Positions 21,426-32,669 are shown, counted from the stretch's first letter. The stretch: DNA of 64,000 nucleotides from an uncultured Acidobacteriota bacterium (GCA_963812485.1 CAWEVD010000013.1:128668-192667), one strand, 5' to 3'. A program made the numbers and translations. The notes: generated by a model not told the origin, from the sequence alone.

Positions 21426-24400
21426 ATGAACATGGTTCGCAATGTGCTGGCATTTGTAATGCTTTCTTGCCTCAGTCTGTCTGCTCAGCAGATCACAGGA
21501 AACATTCGCGGAACCGTTACAGACCCAAGCGGCGCTGTCATTCGGGGCGCGGCGGTTACTGCCCGGCAGGCGGAAACGGGCCTGTCGCGCGCGACGACCA
21601 CCGATCGCGACGGGAACTACGTCCTTCTGGAACTCCCGGTCGGACACTACAGCCTGCAAGTCTTGGCGCAGGGGTTCCAGGAACATGTGCAGGATGGCAT
21701 CACGCTCAACGTGAACGAGACGGCTTCGGTCTCGGCACATCTCGCGGTCGGATCGGAAAAGCAGCAGGTAGTGGTGAGCGCCGATGCCGAACTGATTGAG
21801 CCCACCGTCACCAGCATGGGCAAGGTAGTGCAACAGCAGGAGCTGGAGGATCTGCCCCTGAACGGACGCAACTTCGCGCAACTTGGCCTGTTGCAGCCTG
21901 GAGTCGTTCCCTTGACGCCTGGCATAGCTGAAGCGGGCGGGTCGCTACGCAACGGACAGGCTTATGCGGTCAATGGCCAGCGACCGGAATCAAACAACTT
22001 CCTCATCGACGGCGCGAACAACTTCAACGGCGTTGACGGCGGATTCGTCCTTAAGCCGCCGGTGGACGCGATCAGCGAGTTCCGCATCATCACGCACAGC
22101 GCGAATGCCGAGTTCGGAGGCTCGCTAGGATCGACGACGAATGTCATCACCCGGTCGGGCACGAACCAGCTTCACGGGACATTATGGGAGTTCCTGCGCA
22201 ACGACGCATTCGATGCGACCAACTATTTCGCGCAGACGCAGGAGCCGTTGAAGCAAAACCAGTTTGGCGCCGCCGCCGGCGGGCCGATCAAAAAGGATAA
22301 AGCATTCATTTTTGGCTTCTATGAAGGCTTTCGCAATCACCAGGGCGTGTCAGCGCTCACGACAGTGCCATCGGTGAAGCAGCGTGCCGGCGATTTCTCG
22401 GAACTCTGCCCTGAGGGCTTTACGCACGGCTTCTGCAACAACCCGCAGAACCAGCTTTTCAACGTCTTCGCCAATGCACCGTACCCGAATAACCTGTTGC
22501 CGTCGCAGCAGTTCAACCCGGTTTCACAAAACTTGCTGAGCTTCTTCCCGCTTCCGAACGCGGGTACGAATCTGTTCGCCACAACGCAAATCTTGACCAA
22601 TGATACAGATCAGTTCGGCATCAAGGTCGACGATTACCTCGATCCCCGCGACACGCTGAACTTCAGTTACATGTTTTACCAGCTCTCCCAGCTCAGCCCG
22701 TTATCGCCGGGCGGCGCCAGCGTGCCGGGCTTCCCGGTGGCCGAAAACCAGCGCGCGCAGAGCTTTGTCGCACAAGATACGCACCCTTTTTCGCCAAGCG
22801 TCATCGCTGTCGGGCGATTCTCGTTTCTGCGCAACAAGTTCCTCTTCGGCGAGTCTCAGAACCATGAGCCACCCTCAACCTTTGGATTCCAATACACGCC
22901 GAGTCTCGATGTCGCCGCTGGACCGCCGTTCATCCAGGTGAGTGGCTATACTCTGGTTGGTAATCCGATTACCGGCCCGCGCGACACCTACGAAAACGTC
23001 TTCGATTACTCGGGATCGCTGAGTTGGGTGCATGGTAACCATACGCTCAAATTTGGCGGCGGATACCAACATCAGCAAATCAACGTCTTGCAAGGGATCG
23101 CAACCAACGGCTTTTTCGTATTTGCGCCATTCCCGGTAACGGACGCGTTCGCCAGCTTCCTCACCGGGCAGCCGGTCGTCTTCCTGCAAGGTATCGGCGA
23201 TTTCTCGCGCAATATTCGCGGCAACAATGCGAACGGGTACGTGCAGGATACGTACAAAGTCGCCCCGCGACTCACGATCAATGCCGGACTGCGCTACGAG
23301 TTGCCGATGCCGTCCACCGAAGGTCGAAATCGGGTAACGCTGTTTGAGCCGGGGAAGCAGTCCACGGTCATGCCGGATGCTCCGGCGGGTTTGCTGTATC
23401 CGGGCGATTCCGGGGTTCCGGCCGGCCTGATCCCCACCGATTACAAGGCGTTTGCGCCGCGCGTTGGCATCGCCTGGGATCCGAGTAATGATGGCAAATC
23501 GCTGGTAACCTTGGCGTACGGCATCTTCTATGAGCCTTATTACACCGGACAGGGTGGCCCTCTGCAGGCACCGATCAGTGCGCCTCCGTTCCTGGGGACG
23601 CCGCAGGTGAGCCTGCCGGACTTCGCGGATCCGTTCAACGGCAATCCTCCGGCCCCGGGGACATTTTCCAAGCCACTCACGAACCTGACTCTCTCGCCGA
23701 CGTTGTCACTTCCTTATACGCAGGATTGGGACTTGAACTTTCAGCAGTCGTTCGCGAATGATTGGCTGTTCGAGATCGGATACGTCGGCACCAAGGGAAC
23801 GCGGCTGCCCCGCTTTATCGAAGCGAACCCAGCCGTGTTCGTGCCCGGAACCGTGGACGGCCAGCCAATTTCGAATTCCAGCAATGCCGATCAACGGCGG
23901 CTTTATTCCGGCTGCACGCTCGCCGATTCGCCGAGCAGTTGCCAGTATTCATCTACCGGCGAGATCGCGGGCATCGCCAATTCGTCGTACAACGCTTTGG
24001 AAACGTCGCTGCGCAAGCGGTTCAGCCACGGGCTGTCATTCCTCCTGTCGTACACATGGTCAAAGGCGATCGACGATGTTTCGTCATTCAACATAACCGG
24101 ATCGGCAGCAAAGCCAGTCGCAGGCGAGAACGATCTCGCCCAGAATCCGTTCGATCTTGGAGCAGAGCGTGGGCCGTCGCTCTTCGACGCGCGCAACCGA
24201 TTTGTTGGGAGCTATGTATGGACGCTCCCGTTCTGGAACCATCCTCAGAACTGGTACCAGTCAGCGTTCGGCGGATGGCAGTTGGATGGCATTGCCACGT
24301 TGATGAGCGGCACGCCGTTCACCGTCTTCGACTCGAATGATGTTGCGGCGCAAGGCAGCGCGCCGGAGATCACCGGTTTCTCCGCCCAGCGACCCAATCT

Positions 24401-24737
24401 CGTCGGCAACCCCAATCACGGGCCCCGTACGGTTAACGAGTGGCTTAACTCCAGCGCTTTACAGCGACTTGATCCCACAGCCAACGCGGGACAGTTTGGC
24501 ACGGAAGGCCGCAACGTGAATATCGGTCCGGCGTATGCCAACTGGGACTTCGCCACCCTAAAGAATTTCAAAGTGACCGAATCGATGCAGCTCCAGTTCC
24601 GCGCGGAGCTATTTAACATCCTGAACCGCACGAACTTCTTCTTGCCTGACTGCGACATCAGTTCGCCGACATTCAACCATATCCTTGCGGCGGGAACTCC
24701 GCGCCAGGTGCAGTTTGCATTGAAGTTCATGTTTTAG
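21426..24737 (+). CDS. TonB-dependent receptor, Oar-like
   Basis: Signal peptide, GTVTDPSGAVI, LPLNGRNF, HGTLWEFLRN, C-terminal RQVQFALKFMF. Confidence 0.94.
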   Translation: MNMVRNVLAFVMLSCLSLSAQQITGNIRGTVTDPSGAVIRGAAVTARQAETGLSRATTTDRDGNYVLLELPVGHYSLQVLAQGFQEHVQDGITLNVNETASVSAHLAVGSEKQQVVVSADAELIEPTVTSMGKVVQQQELEDLPLNGRNFAQLGLLQPGVVPLTPGIAEAGGSLRNGQAYAVNGQRPESNNFLIDGANNFNGVDGGFVLKPPVDAISEFRIITHSANAEFGGSLGSTTNVITRSGTNQLHGTLWEFLRNDAFDATNYFAQTQEPLKQNQFGAAAGGPIKKDKAFIFGFYEGFRNHQGVSALTTVPSVKQRAGDFSELCPEGFTHGFCNNPQNQLFNVFANAPYPNNLLPSQQFNPVSQNLLSFFPLPNAGTNLFATTQILTNDTDQFGIKVDDYLDPRDTLNFSYMFYQLSQLSPLSPGGASVPGFPVAENQRAQSFVAQDTHPFSPSVIAVGRFSFLRNKFLFGESQNHEPPSTFGFQYTPSLDVAAGPPFIQVSGYTLVGNPITGPRDTYENVFDYSGSLSWVHGNHTLKFGGGYQHQQINVLQGIATNGFFVFAPFPVTDAFASFLTGQPVVFLQGIGDFSRNIRGNNANGYVQDTYKVAPRLTINAGLRYELPMPSTEGRNRVTLFEPGKQSTVMPDAPAGLLYPGDSGVPAGLIPTDYKAFAPRVGIAWDPSNDGKSLVTLAYGIFYEPYYTGQGGPLQAPISAPPFLGTPQVSLPDFADPFNGNPPAPGTFSKPLTNLTLSPTLSLPYTQDWDLNFQQSFANDWLFEIGYVGTKGTRLPRFIEANPAVFVPGTVDGQPISNSSNADQRRLYSGCTLADSPSSCQYSSTGEIAGIANSSYNALETSLRKRFSHGLSFLLSYTWSKAIDDVSSFNITGSAAKPVAGENDLAQNPFDLGAERGPSLFDARNRFVGSYVWTLPFWNHPQNWYQSAFGGWQLDGIATLMSGTPFTVFDSNDVAAQGSAPEITGFSAQRPNLVGNPNHGPRTVNEWLNSSALQRLDPTANAGQFGTEGRNVNIGPAYANWDFATLKNFKVTESMQLQFRAELFNILNRTNFFLPDCDISSPTFNHILAAGTPRQVQFALKFMF

Positions 24738-24869
24738 CAGGTCCAAACGAATAGACATGAGGATGTCTCCAGAAGCTGCGCCGTATTAAAACAGGTAATC
24801 CAGGGTTAACCACGTTTCTGAGTGGTAAACGGCCTCGCCCAGACCCAGCACGCCATCGACGGAGCTAGT

Positions 24870-25260
24870 AGCCTTGCTGCTGCGGTTCTCGTCGTCCTTG
24901 GTGATGTGCGGGGTTACATTCAACTCCGGCACTGTGCGCACGAAATCCTTACTGTCATATGCCTTGTCGGCCCCCACGGGGATGGGGCGTGAACGGCCTT
25001 GTTGCCTCTCGGCGAGCATCAACAGCGCGGCGTCGCGCTCTGCATTGCCTCCGGCATGTGTCACCATTGCCGCGGCGATCAGCCCGTTGTGTCTCGACCA
25101 GGGCATGGCCCGGATAACTCAACTTCGACTCCGGGCTCAGCGTCTCTAGCACCGCGTCCGTCAACTTGCGAAGTGCTCGCAGCGGATGATCCAAAGGTAC
25201 CCGCTGCTCCAACGAAACATAGCTGAACATCCCGCCTTGAATTCGCTCGTCTCCTCGCAT
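24870..25260 (-). mobile_element. Internally deleted IS5-family transposase remnant
   Basis: N-terminus MRGDERIQGGMFSYVSLEQRVPLDHPLR joined directly to SKLSYPGHALVE, then GLI..ERDAALLML..VGADKAYDSKDFV..VTPHI; middle and C-terminus missing. Confidence 0.8.
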
Positions 25261-25538
25261 GTCTGGTAGCCGACTTCCTCTTTCAAGCGACGCCATAGCA
25301 ACTCTGAAGACAATAAGGGAAGCGGAGCGTGTCCTTTGGAAAAGCGAGAATGCACAGGCAGCATGGCGAGGATAAAGAGGTGTAGTATGAGGTCACTCTT
25401 TTCGTACCCGTGGTCCAGCCAGAATTGTCCGTTGGTTGTCCATATGCGCGCAAGGACCTGAATTGTGGAACATGGTTTATAAATAGAATGCGCAACTAGA
25501 CCCGCAGAGTCGAGTTTAGACTTTTTAAAGGGGCCAAA

Positions 25539-26567
25539 TTGGAAACGCCATCAAGCCGGGTTCTCGTGGTCGAAGATTTTGAACCATTTCGGCGCTTAAT
25601 TTGCTTGATGCTGAGAAAAAGGCCGGAATTTCAGATCGTCGAAGAGGTCACAGACGGATTAAAGGCCGTTCAGGCGGCCGAAGAACTCCAACCGGACTTG
25701 ATTATGCTCGACATCGGGCTTCCTTCACTGAATGGAATCGATGCGGCTCGGCGAATCCGCAAGCTGTCTCCCAAAAGCAAAATACTCTTCGTGAGCCAAG
25801 AATCTTCTGCCGATGTGGTGCAGGAAGCTCTCGCCTTGGGGGCACTGGGCTATGTGGTCAAGGTGCATGCCGGAAGCGAACTGCTAGCTGCTGTGGAAGC
25901 GGTTCTTCAAGGCAGGCAGTTTGTCAGCAGCGGGTTATCGGGTCACCATTTCACCCCTGCGTCGGATTCGAAAACCTTCGACCGCGCCAATGACCCTCTC
26001 CCACCACTTGCATCGGGAAGAATGGAGATCGCGCGCAGCCACGAGGTTGCATTCTATTCTGATGATGCAGCCTTTGTAGTTGGCTTCAGTCGTTTCATCG
26101 AAGTCGCTCTCGAGTCCGGGAATGCCATTATTGTGGTCGCTACCGAGTCACATCGGAAGAGTCTTCTTTCGAGATTGCGGGAACATGGCGTGGATATTGT
26201 CGCCGCAGTTGAGCAGGGGCGCTATGTGTCTTTGGATGTTGGCGACACGCTCTCCACTTTCATGGTGAATGATCTGCCTGACCCGGCTCGATTTCTGAAA
26301 TTCGCGGGCAATCTGATCGCCGCCGCCGCCAAAGCATCGAGGGGGGAGCGCCGTCGCGTTGCTGCTTGCGGTGAATGTGCCCCCACCTTGTGGGAGCAAG
26401 GGAAGGAGGATGCGGCGATTAAGGTCGAACACTTATGGGACGAGATCGCCAAGAGCTGCAACGTCGATATTTTGTGCGGGTATGTGTTGAGCGACCCTCA
26501 GCGCGAACAGGAACGCCGAATCTATGAGCGAATCTGTTCGGAGCACTCCGCCGTATCTTCCCTGTGA
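25539..26567 (+). CDS. Response regulator, REC + MEDS domain
   Basis: VLVVEDF..PDLIMLDIGLP..GYVVK receiver; C-terminal HEVAFYSDD..VAACGE..LW..AIKVEHLW..ILCGY MEDS signature. Confidence 0.85.
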   Translation: METPSSRVLVVEDFEPFRRLICLMLRKRPEFQIVEEVTDGLKAVQAAEELQPDLIMLDIGLPSLNGIDAARRIRKLSPKSKILFVSQESSADVVQEALALGALGYVVKVHAGSELLAAVEAVLQGRQFVSSGLSGHHFTPASDSKTFDRANDPLPPLASGRMEIARSHEVAFYSDDAAFVVGFSRFIEVALESGNAIIVVATESHRKSLLSRLREHGVDIVAAVEQGRYVSLDVGDTLSTFMVNDLPDPARFLKFAGNLIAAAAKASRGERRRVAACGECAPTLWEQGKEDAAIKVEHLWDEIAKSCNVDILCGYVLSDPQREQERRIYERICSEHSAVSSL

Positions 26568-26587
26568 GCGAACAATTCGGGCTTCAT

Positions 26588-28654
26588 TTAGCCAGCCGCT
26601 CGCATGGAATCGCGTGCAGAACGCAAAGGCACTCTAACGTGGACTGTAGTGCCTTTTTCGAGTTGCGAATCGATCGAAAACGTTCCTTCCACTAGTTTTA
26701 CTCGCTGCTCTATTCTGATCAGACCAAGCCCTCGGCCTCTCCTTGCCGCTCTGAGGTCAAAGCCGACACCCGAGTCGCCTACTCTAAGATGAATCCCATC
26801 CGACTCACCCCATAGTTGCACGTTGAACTTCTGCACCCCGCTGTGCATCACCCCGTTGTGCAAAGCCTCCTGTAGAACCCGGAAGAGGCAAATAGATATG
26901 TCAGGCAGCAAGAGGCCAGGGAGATCATGGCTCCTGAAGTCAATCTCCACTCTCTTCCTGTCCCCGAACTCTTCGCAGAAGGCTCTCATAACCGCAGCAA
27001 TGCCGAGATACTGTAGTCTCGGAGAGTACAATTCGTGCGCCGAAGCTTTGACATCGGTCAATATATCCAAGGTTTTCCTCCATACTGCGTCCATGCGGTC
27101 GAGGAGTTCAGCGGCCTGATTGGGGAGGTCATTCTTGAGTTGTTCGATCGCAATTGCCAATAATGTAAGACGCTGACCGACGTTTTCGTGAAGGTCCTTC
27201 GCGATCCGGTCACGTTCCCGTTCTTCTGCCTCGATCACTCTGCGGTTCATGCAGGAAAGGGCTTCTTCCGTCAATTTGCGCTCCGTGATATCCAGCGACA
27301 CGCCGAGCATTCGCTCGGGGTTCCCGTTCCTTGTGTAGTAGAACTTGCCTCGCGCTGCCAGCCAGCGAACTGTCCCGTCGGGCTGTACGACACGGAATTC
27401 CGCCGCGTACAGCTTCTGGTTTTGCCTTGCATCCTCGACTGCTTCCGCGACTTTCGCCCGGTCATCCGGATGTATGTAATTAAAGAACTCTTCCCTGGTT
27501 GTTGCGTAAACATCGGAAGGTATCCCAAAGATAGTTTGCAGGTCGCCGAACCAGACATTCCGTCCGCTTGTGATCTCAAAGTCCCAGGCTACCGATGTAC
27601 TCGCTTCCATTGCCAGGCGCAGCCGGTCGTTGGCTAAACCAAAATCAACATCCAGTTCACGTCTGGCGATGTACTCCTTAATGTATGCAGCACTGGCCAG
27701 ACACAGAATCGCGACAATTGCGACCAGCAGGCGAAGAGTGCCTAGACCGATATTCTCATTCCGCTGGAACAGTTCCCAGATAATCGGGATAGAGACCATC
27801 ACAACAACGAGCATCGCCCATACTGAGTCTCGTGAGCCTTGGCTACTATCGGGTCGCACGGCTGTTGCTTCTCCCTTAACCCGCGGTGCGCGCAGCGGTA
27901 TCCACACAAACCAGCAAACAGAAGCGGTCAGCCCCAGACCATACAGTTTGCCATTGACGTAGCCTCCCGAGTCAGTTGCAAGGTTGGCGACGATGGAACT
28001 TAGCCCGTACAGGGTGGACGCGCCCAAAAGATGAAGACAGGTTGACTTCCAAGGAGCCTGCACGCGAAGGGTCAAAATGCCCACAACGAGCATCAGCGCC
28101 AGATTCTCTAAAAGGTAAAGAATGTCAAAGCGTAGGGCGTAGCTGGTGGCGTTTGGAAAGTACTGGTATGGAAAAACAAGATAACCATAAAGGAAACTCC
28201 AGAAAAACAAAATGAGAAGAGAATTTAATATCTCCCTGTATAGCTTGCGGTGGGATACGTTCTGGTGTGGGAGGGTTGCCGCAGCGGCCATCAGCGGTAC
28301 GATGTGCAGAAACAGCGCCGGATCGGCAATCGAACTGTCGGGCGCATCGATGTGCCGACCAAGCTGGTAGTAGAGAGTAACGCACTGGTGTAGCGCCCAG
28401 AGGCCGTAGGCAATTGCGAGAAACACCCAGAATGGCCGCTTTTCCAGCGTGTTCTGTATTCCGTTGCGGATAGCGAAACTGGTTGCCAAAAGCAGTAGCA
28501 GGAAATAACTGATCCCGCTATAGGAAAGCACAAAAGATCCCGGCTTCACGTCGAGTGAAAGTACGGCTTTGATGACCACAATTCCGATCAGTGCCGTTGG
28601 CCAAAAGGAAAACCTTAGCCCCCTTCCGGGATTAGACGAGAATGGTTTCCTCAT
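26588..28654 (-). CDS. Membrane PAS-domain sensor histidine kinase (HisKA_3 / NarX-like)
   Basis: Multi-TM N-terminus, PAS/PAC (IHPDD..VRWL..DITERK), ERDRIAKDLHE, QEALHN, DSGVGF and GLGL motifs. Confidence 0.88.
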   Translation of the reverse strand: MRKPFSSNPGRGLRFSFWPTALIGIVVIKAVLSLDVKPGSFVLSYSGISYFLLLLLATSFAIRNGIQNTLEKRPFWVFLAIAYGLWALHQCVTLYYQLGRHIDAPDSSIADPALFLHIVPLMAAAATLPHQNVSHRKLYREILNSLLILFFWSFLYGYLVFPYQYFPNATSYALRFDILYLLENLALMLVVGILTLRVQAPWKSTCLHLLGASTLYGLSSIVANLATDSGGYVNGKLYGLGLTASVCWFVWIPLRAPRVKGEATAVRPDSSQGSRDSVWAMLVVVMVSIPIIWELFQRNENIGLGTLRLLVAIVAILCLASAAYIKEYIARRELDVDFGLANDRLRLAMEASTSVAWDFEITSGRNVWFGDLQTIFGIPSDVYATTREEFFNYIHPDDRAKVAEAVEDARQNQKLYAAEFRVVQPDGTVRWLAARGKFYYTRNGNPERMLGVSLDITERKLTEEALSCMNRRVIEAEERERDRIAKDLHENVGQRLTLLAIAIEQLKNDLPNQAAELLDRMDAVWRKTLDILTDVKASAHELYSPRLQYLGIAAVMRAFCEEFGDRKRVEIDFRSHDLPGLLLPDISICLFRVLQEALHNGVMHSGVQKFNVQLWGESDGIHLRVGDSGVGFDLRAARRGRGLGLIRIEQRVKLVEGTFSIDSQLEKGTTVHVRVPLRSARDSMRAAG

Positions 28655-29339
28655 GATCCTCCCGAATTGAAACGGACACGAGCGCGGATGGTAGTGCAGC
28701 GGAAGGCCATCATACACTCTCAAATTCAATGGAATTTGGATAGGCAACCGATCATCGCTGACAGCTCGCGATAGCAGAAGCGCTCACCGAGCCCAACTTG
28801 GCGCGCCCGATCTTCGCGTTCCCGGGGATTGTGGGCTACTCTCCCCATAGTGGGAAAGACACCGACGTGTGCGAGAAAATAGAAGAGGACCACACAGAAA
28901 CATAGGCCAAGAGGAACTGCGAAATGAATGAACCTTTGCCAGCAACCATTCTTTCCCATCCACATCGCCTTCGCGTCTTTGACGATTCTATCTTGCAATG
29001 ATCCAGTGGGTCACGCACGCAGGAAGAAGGATAGTCAGCACGGATTTCCACTGTCTGGTCAGCAAGAAAAGTATCGCCATTGCGGCCACCAGACCGACGT
29101 CCGCGAAATTCCGACTGTTTCGCATAATCTCAATCTCGCAGTAGTATTTGCGATAGCAATGTCCACGATCACACTTCGTGGGAGAGTCGTGGACATTGCG
29201 GAAGTTTCGAATGAGCCGGATCACGAGCCGCAGCCGGGTCAAACCGGGGCAAGGCGAAAATCTGGCATCGGGAAGCATCGACGGTGACTTGGGAACCGGG
29301 TGCGCTGAGGAGTGTAAGCTTGGAGGCTAGGGGATTCAG

Positions 29340-29603
29340 ATGCTATACAAAAAGATCAATCTCGAACTCATCGTAGTCGCTGATGAGGCCGACGCAGTTG
29401 TCGCCGAGTTGAACGCTGCGCTCGATCAACTAGAAGGAAAGCACACACTTTTCGGTGGTGAGATCGAGACCGTCCCTTTCGAGCACCCGCGAACACGGAA
29501 GAGATCGGCACTCGCGCATACGATCGCCGCAGGCGAGACAGTCGCCGTTGCGATCAGGACTGCACGTGAGAGCGTGACTGTTGCCCTCCGGGCAGTCATC
29601 TGA
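29340..29603 (+). CDS. Hypothetical protein (87 aa)
   Basis: ATG preceded by a GGGG/GGAGG-rich RBS-like stretch; protein-like composition. Confidence 0.55.
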   Translation: MLYKKINLELIVVADEADAVVAELNAALDQLEGKHTLFGGEIETVPFEHPRTRKRSALAHTIAAGETVAVAIRTARESVTVALRAVI

Positions 29604-30009
29604 TTTACCGTCCTGGCGAAGCTAAGGCTATAGATCGCGCTGAGAAACTCAAAGCAACTGGGCTTGCCCGAGAGATCGTTCCCGAGCGGTGGGCATTTTG
29701 CACATTACCAAGCGGTAATGTTGGTGTGGGCGGTTAACCACCGTGCGCCGGGCTAAAACCGACATGTCGTAGGGGATGCGTGCCGCAGGTTTCGGTTTCG
29801 GAGATCTTCGATGTTCAGGAACTGAACGTTCTACCCTCCGGACGAGCCTTGGAGGAAATCTCGCCGTGATCCACGCATATCCAGTTGACCTCAACATATT
29901 CCGGGGTAAAGACCACTACTTTTACCAGTATCAAGCGGATTGCTGAGCGAGCAAACTTCTTACGATGCGTACTTGCGAGACAACCCGGCCCGCCAAAAGA
30001 AACATGTGG

Positions 30010-30559
30010 ATCGAAGTACAAGGGCCAGGAGCGGGTGCTTGCCATGCCGCTGTCGCCGCTGATGCTGGCCGAAGCCCGGGTGCTGACCGGCCAGATCCGC
30101 AGCCTGAACCAGGGCATCGGCGAGTTGGAAGGCCTGATCGAAGAGGAGGGACCTAAGCTGGCCGGTCATCGAAACCCGCTGAGCAGCAAGGGCATCGGCC
30201 CGGTCAGCGCCGCCTTGCTGCTGAGCGTTATCGACGACATCCGGGACTTCTTCGATCCGGGCAAGTTGGCCGCCTATCTCGGCCTGGTGCCGCGAGTGCA
30301 GAACTCCAATGAAACGGAACACTCCGGGCACATCGCCAAACGCAGCAACAATTTCGCGCGCGCCGCTTTGGTGCACTGCGCGCTCATCGCCAAACGCTAC
30401 AACTCATTCCTGTAAACCTTCTACCAAGGTATCCAGCACCGCCGCGGTGGGGGCAAGGTGAACATCGCACTGGCGCGCAAGTTCCTGGGAGTCATCTATC
30501 ACACCCTTAAGAACGACTGGGTGTTCGAGGACTACCTCAACTTCGTTCTGGCCTCCTGA
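30010..30559 (+). mobile_element. IS110-family transposase remnant (C-terminal half, in-frame stop at 30413-30415)
   Basis: GIGPVSA..LAAYLGLVPRVQNS..SGHIAKR..ARAAL, then past the TAA TFYQ..GGGKVNIALARKFLGVIYHTLKN; N-terminal RuvC-like domain absent. Confidence 0.85.
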
Positions 30560-30609
30560 AAACGGGCCAAACCCTAACAATGAGTAGACAACTACTTATG
30601 GGAGAGGCT

Positions 30610-32655
30610 ATGAATTCGCGCTGCAAGAATTTCTGTCTGTTGGTCGCAGCAACGCTGAGCCTGCTATTATGCACCACCGCCTTCGCCGAGGGGCCGGCGG
30701 ACTTGACGGTCGCGGGCCCGGTTGCGGCAGCACCAACGGCCACTCCCGCGATCCCGGACGCGCCTTCGCCGGCGGCAGATCCGATGCCCGCACAGGGGCC
30801 GGGTCCGGTGTCACCCTACCCGACGGGAAGTACCGGTGGTAATTGGCGCGTCGGAATCTCGATTTACGGTTGGTTCCCGGGATTGCACGGAACCGTTGGA
30901 GCGCTAGGCCATAATGCCAGCATCCATGTTCCCTTCTCAGATGTCTTTCATACTTTAAAAGGGATCGTACCGATCGCAGTCGAGGCCGATAAGGGCCGCT
31001 TCGTGATGCCGGTGGATTTCTTATGGATGAAGCTCGGCGTCGACAACGGGATCCCCATCAACGACTTTGGCCAGACATCGATCAATACTCATCTGACAGA
31101 GTCGATCTTGACGCCGAAGGTGGGGTTCAGGCTCCTTGACGCCGATCACTTGAAGTTCGATGCCCTCGGCGGAATTCGCTATTGGTATCTGAGCCTGGAC
31201 AACACACTGGAGCCCTCTGGGCTCGGCACTTCAAGATCGGTCCAGTGGGTCGATGGCGTCGGCGGCGGCAGGTTCATACTGCCGTTCGGTGAGAAGGCCT
31301 CCGTGACGGTGGCAGGCGATGCCGGCGGAGGTGGATCCAACCTGGACTACCAGCTACTGGGCCTGATGAATTTCAACCTCAGCTCCAAGCTCGGACTGGC
31401 GGTCGGATGGCGCTATCTGGATGTGGACTACCAACCGACCACTAACCAGTTCGTATTTGACACTGTGACAAGTGGCGCGATCGCGGGTTTCAGCTATAAC
31501 TTTGGTGGCAAGCCACCAGTGCCGCCGACGGTCTCGTGCTCGGCTTCGCCCGCGCAGGTCTTTCCGGGCGATTCGGTCACAGTGACTGCGACCCCCGCAG
31601 GTCTGAATCCGAAGTTGAACACGGTGTATGCCTGGAGCGGTGACGGCGTTACCGGCAATGGAACGACCGCGAGCGTCAATACCGCTGCCCTGAATCCCGG
31701 AGCCTACACCGTGAGAGGCAAGCTGAAGGAAGGAAAGCCCGGTAAGGAAGGGGAAAAGCCCTGGCAGGTTGCGGACTGCTCCGCAACGTTTACCGTCAAG
31801 GAATTCGAGCCGCCCACACTGAGCTGCTTGGCGAGCCCTACCAATCTCAAGCCGGGTGACTCTTCTACCATTACGGCCCAGGGTGTCAGCCCGCAGAACC
31901 GTCCGCTCACTTACAGCTACCAGGTTTCGGGCGGCACCGTCAGCGGCAGTGGAACTACCGCGACATACTCGTCGACGGGCGCTTCCACCGGTCCAATGCA
32001 GATCAGCTGCAGTGTGTCGGATGACAAGGGCCACACAGCGACAGCAAGCGCCAGCGTGAACATTCAGGCGCCCCCTCCTCCTCCTCCTCCGCCGGGGCCA
32101 TCCGCTGCGCTAATTGCAAGGCTGACATTGCACAGCATCTGGTTCGCGACCGCTCAGCCCAGGGAGAAGAATCCCGAGGGCGGCTTGGTTGAGAGCCAGC
32201 AGGCAACTCTCAACGCTTATGCAAGCGACTTCAAGAGCTACCTGGCCCTCAAGCCGGATGGGCGTATAACCTTGACCGGTCACGCAGATCCGCGTGGTAC
32301 TCCGGAATACAACCAGAAGCTTTCCGAACGCCGTGTTGCTCGCGCCAAGGCATTCCTTGTTGAACAGGGTATTCCCGAGGCGAACATTGATACGCAGGCA
32401 GTTGGCGAGGAGCGTCAGCTCAGCAAGGACGAAGTCAAGAACCTGATCGAAACCAATTCTGATATTACCGACGAACAGAAGAAGAAGGCACTGCGCAACC
32501 TGGACGTGATTGTTCTGGCTCAGAACCGCCGCGTCGATATCTCGCTGAACGGAGGGGGCCAGGAATCCGCAATGCACTATCCATTCAATTCTGCCGATTC
32601 CTCGACTCTTCTCGATCTGAAGAAGCCGGTTCACAAGGCCGCGCCGAAGAAGTAG
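30610..32655 (+). CDS. OmpA-family outer-membrane protein (beta-barrel + Ig/PKD-like repeats + OmpA C-domain)
   Basis: GGAGAGG RBS, signal peptide, two P-x-V/L-S-C-x-A-S-P Ig-like repeats, poly-Pro linker, GHADPRG..YNQKLSERR..NRRVDI. Confidence 0.88.
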   Translation: MNSRCKNFCLLVAATLSLLLCTTAFAEGPADLTVAGPVAAAPTATPAIPDAPSPAADPMPAQGPGPVSPYPTGSTGGNWRVGISIYGWFPGLHGTVGALGHNASIHVPFSDVFHTLKGIVPIAVEADKGRFVMPVDFLWMKLGVDNGIPINDFGQTSINTHLTESILTPKVGFRLLDADHLKFDALGGIRYWYLSLDNTLEPSGLGTSRSVQWVDGVGGGRFILPFGEKASVTVAGDAGGGGSNLDYQLLGLMNFNLSSKLGLAVGWRYLDVDYQPTTNQFVFDTVTSGAIAGFSYNFGGKPPVPPTVSCSASPAQVFPGDSVTVTATPAGLNPKLNTVYAWSGDGVTGNGTTASVNTAALNPGAYTVRGKLKEGKPGKEGEKPWQVADCSATFTVKEFEPPTLSCLASPTNLKPGDSSTITAQGVSPQNRPLTYSYQVSGGTVSGSGTTATYSSTGASTGPMQISCSVSDDKGHTATASASVNIQAPPPPPPPPGPSAALIARLTLHSIWFATAQPREKNPEGGLVESQQATLNAYASDFKSYLALKPDGRITLTGHADPRGTPEYNQKLSERRVARAKAFLVEQGIPEANIDTQAVGEERQLSKDEVKNLIETNSDITDEQKKKALRNLDVIVLAQNRRVDISLNGGGQESAMHYPFNSADSSTLLDLKKPVHKAAPKK

Positions 32656-32669
32656 TAACCCTTCAACCT

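Noticed and set aside
28726-29278. Short hydrophobic minus-strand ORFs upstream of the kinase
   Set aside because: Fragmented, no recognisable motif or RBS; possibly a decayed membrane gene but not supportable
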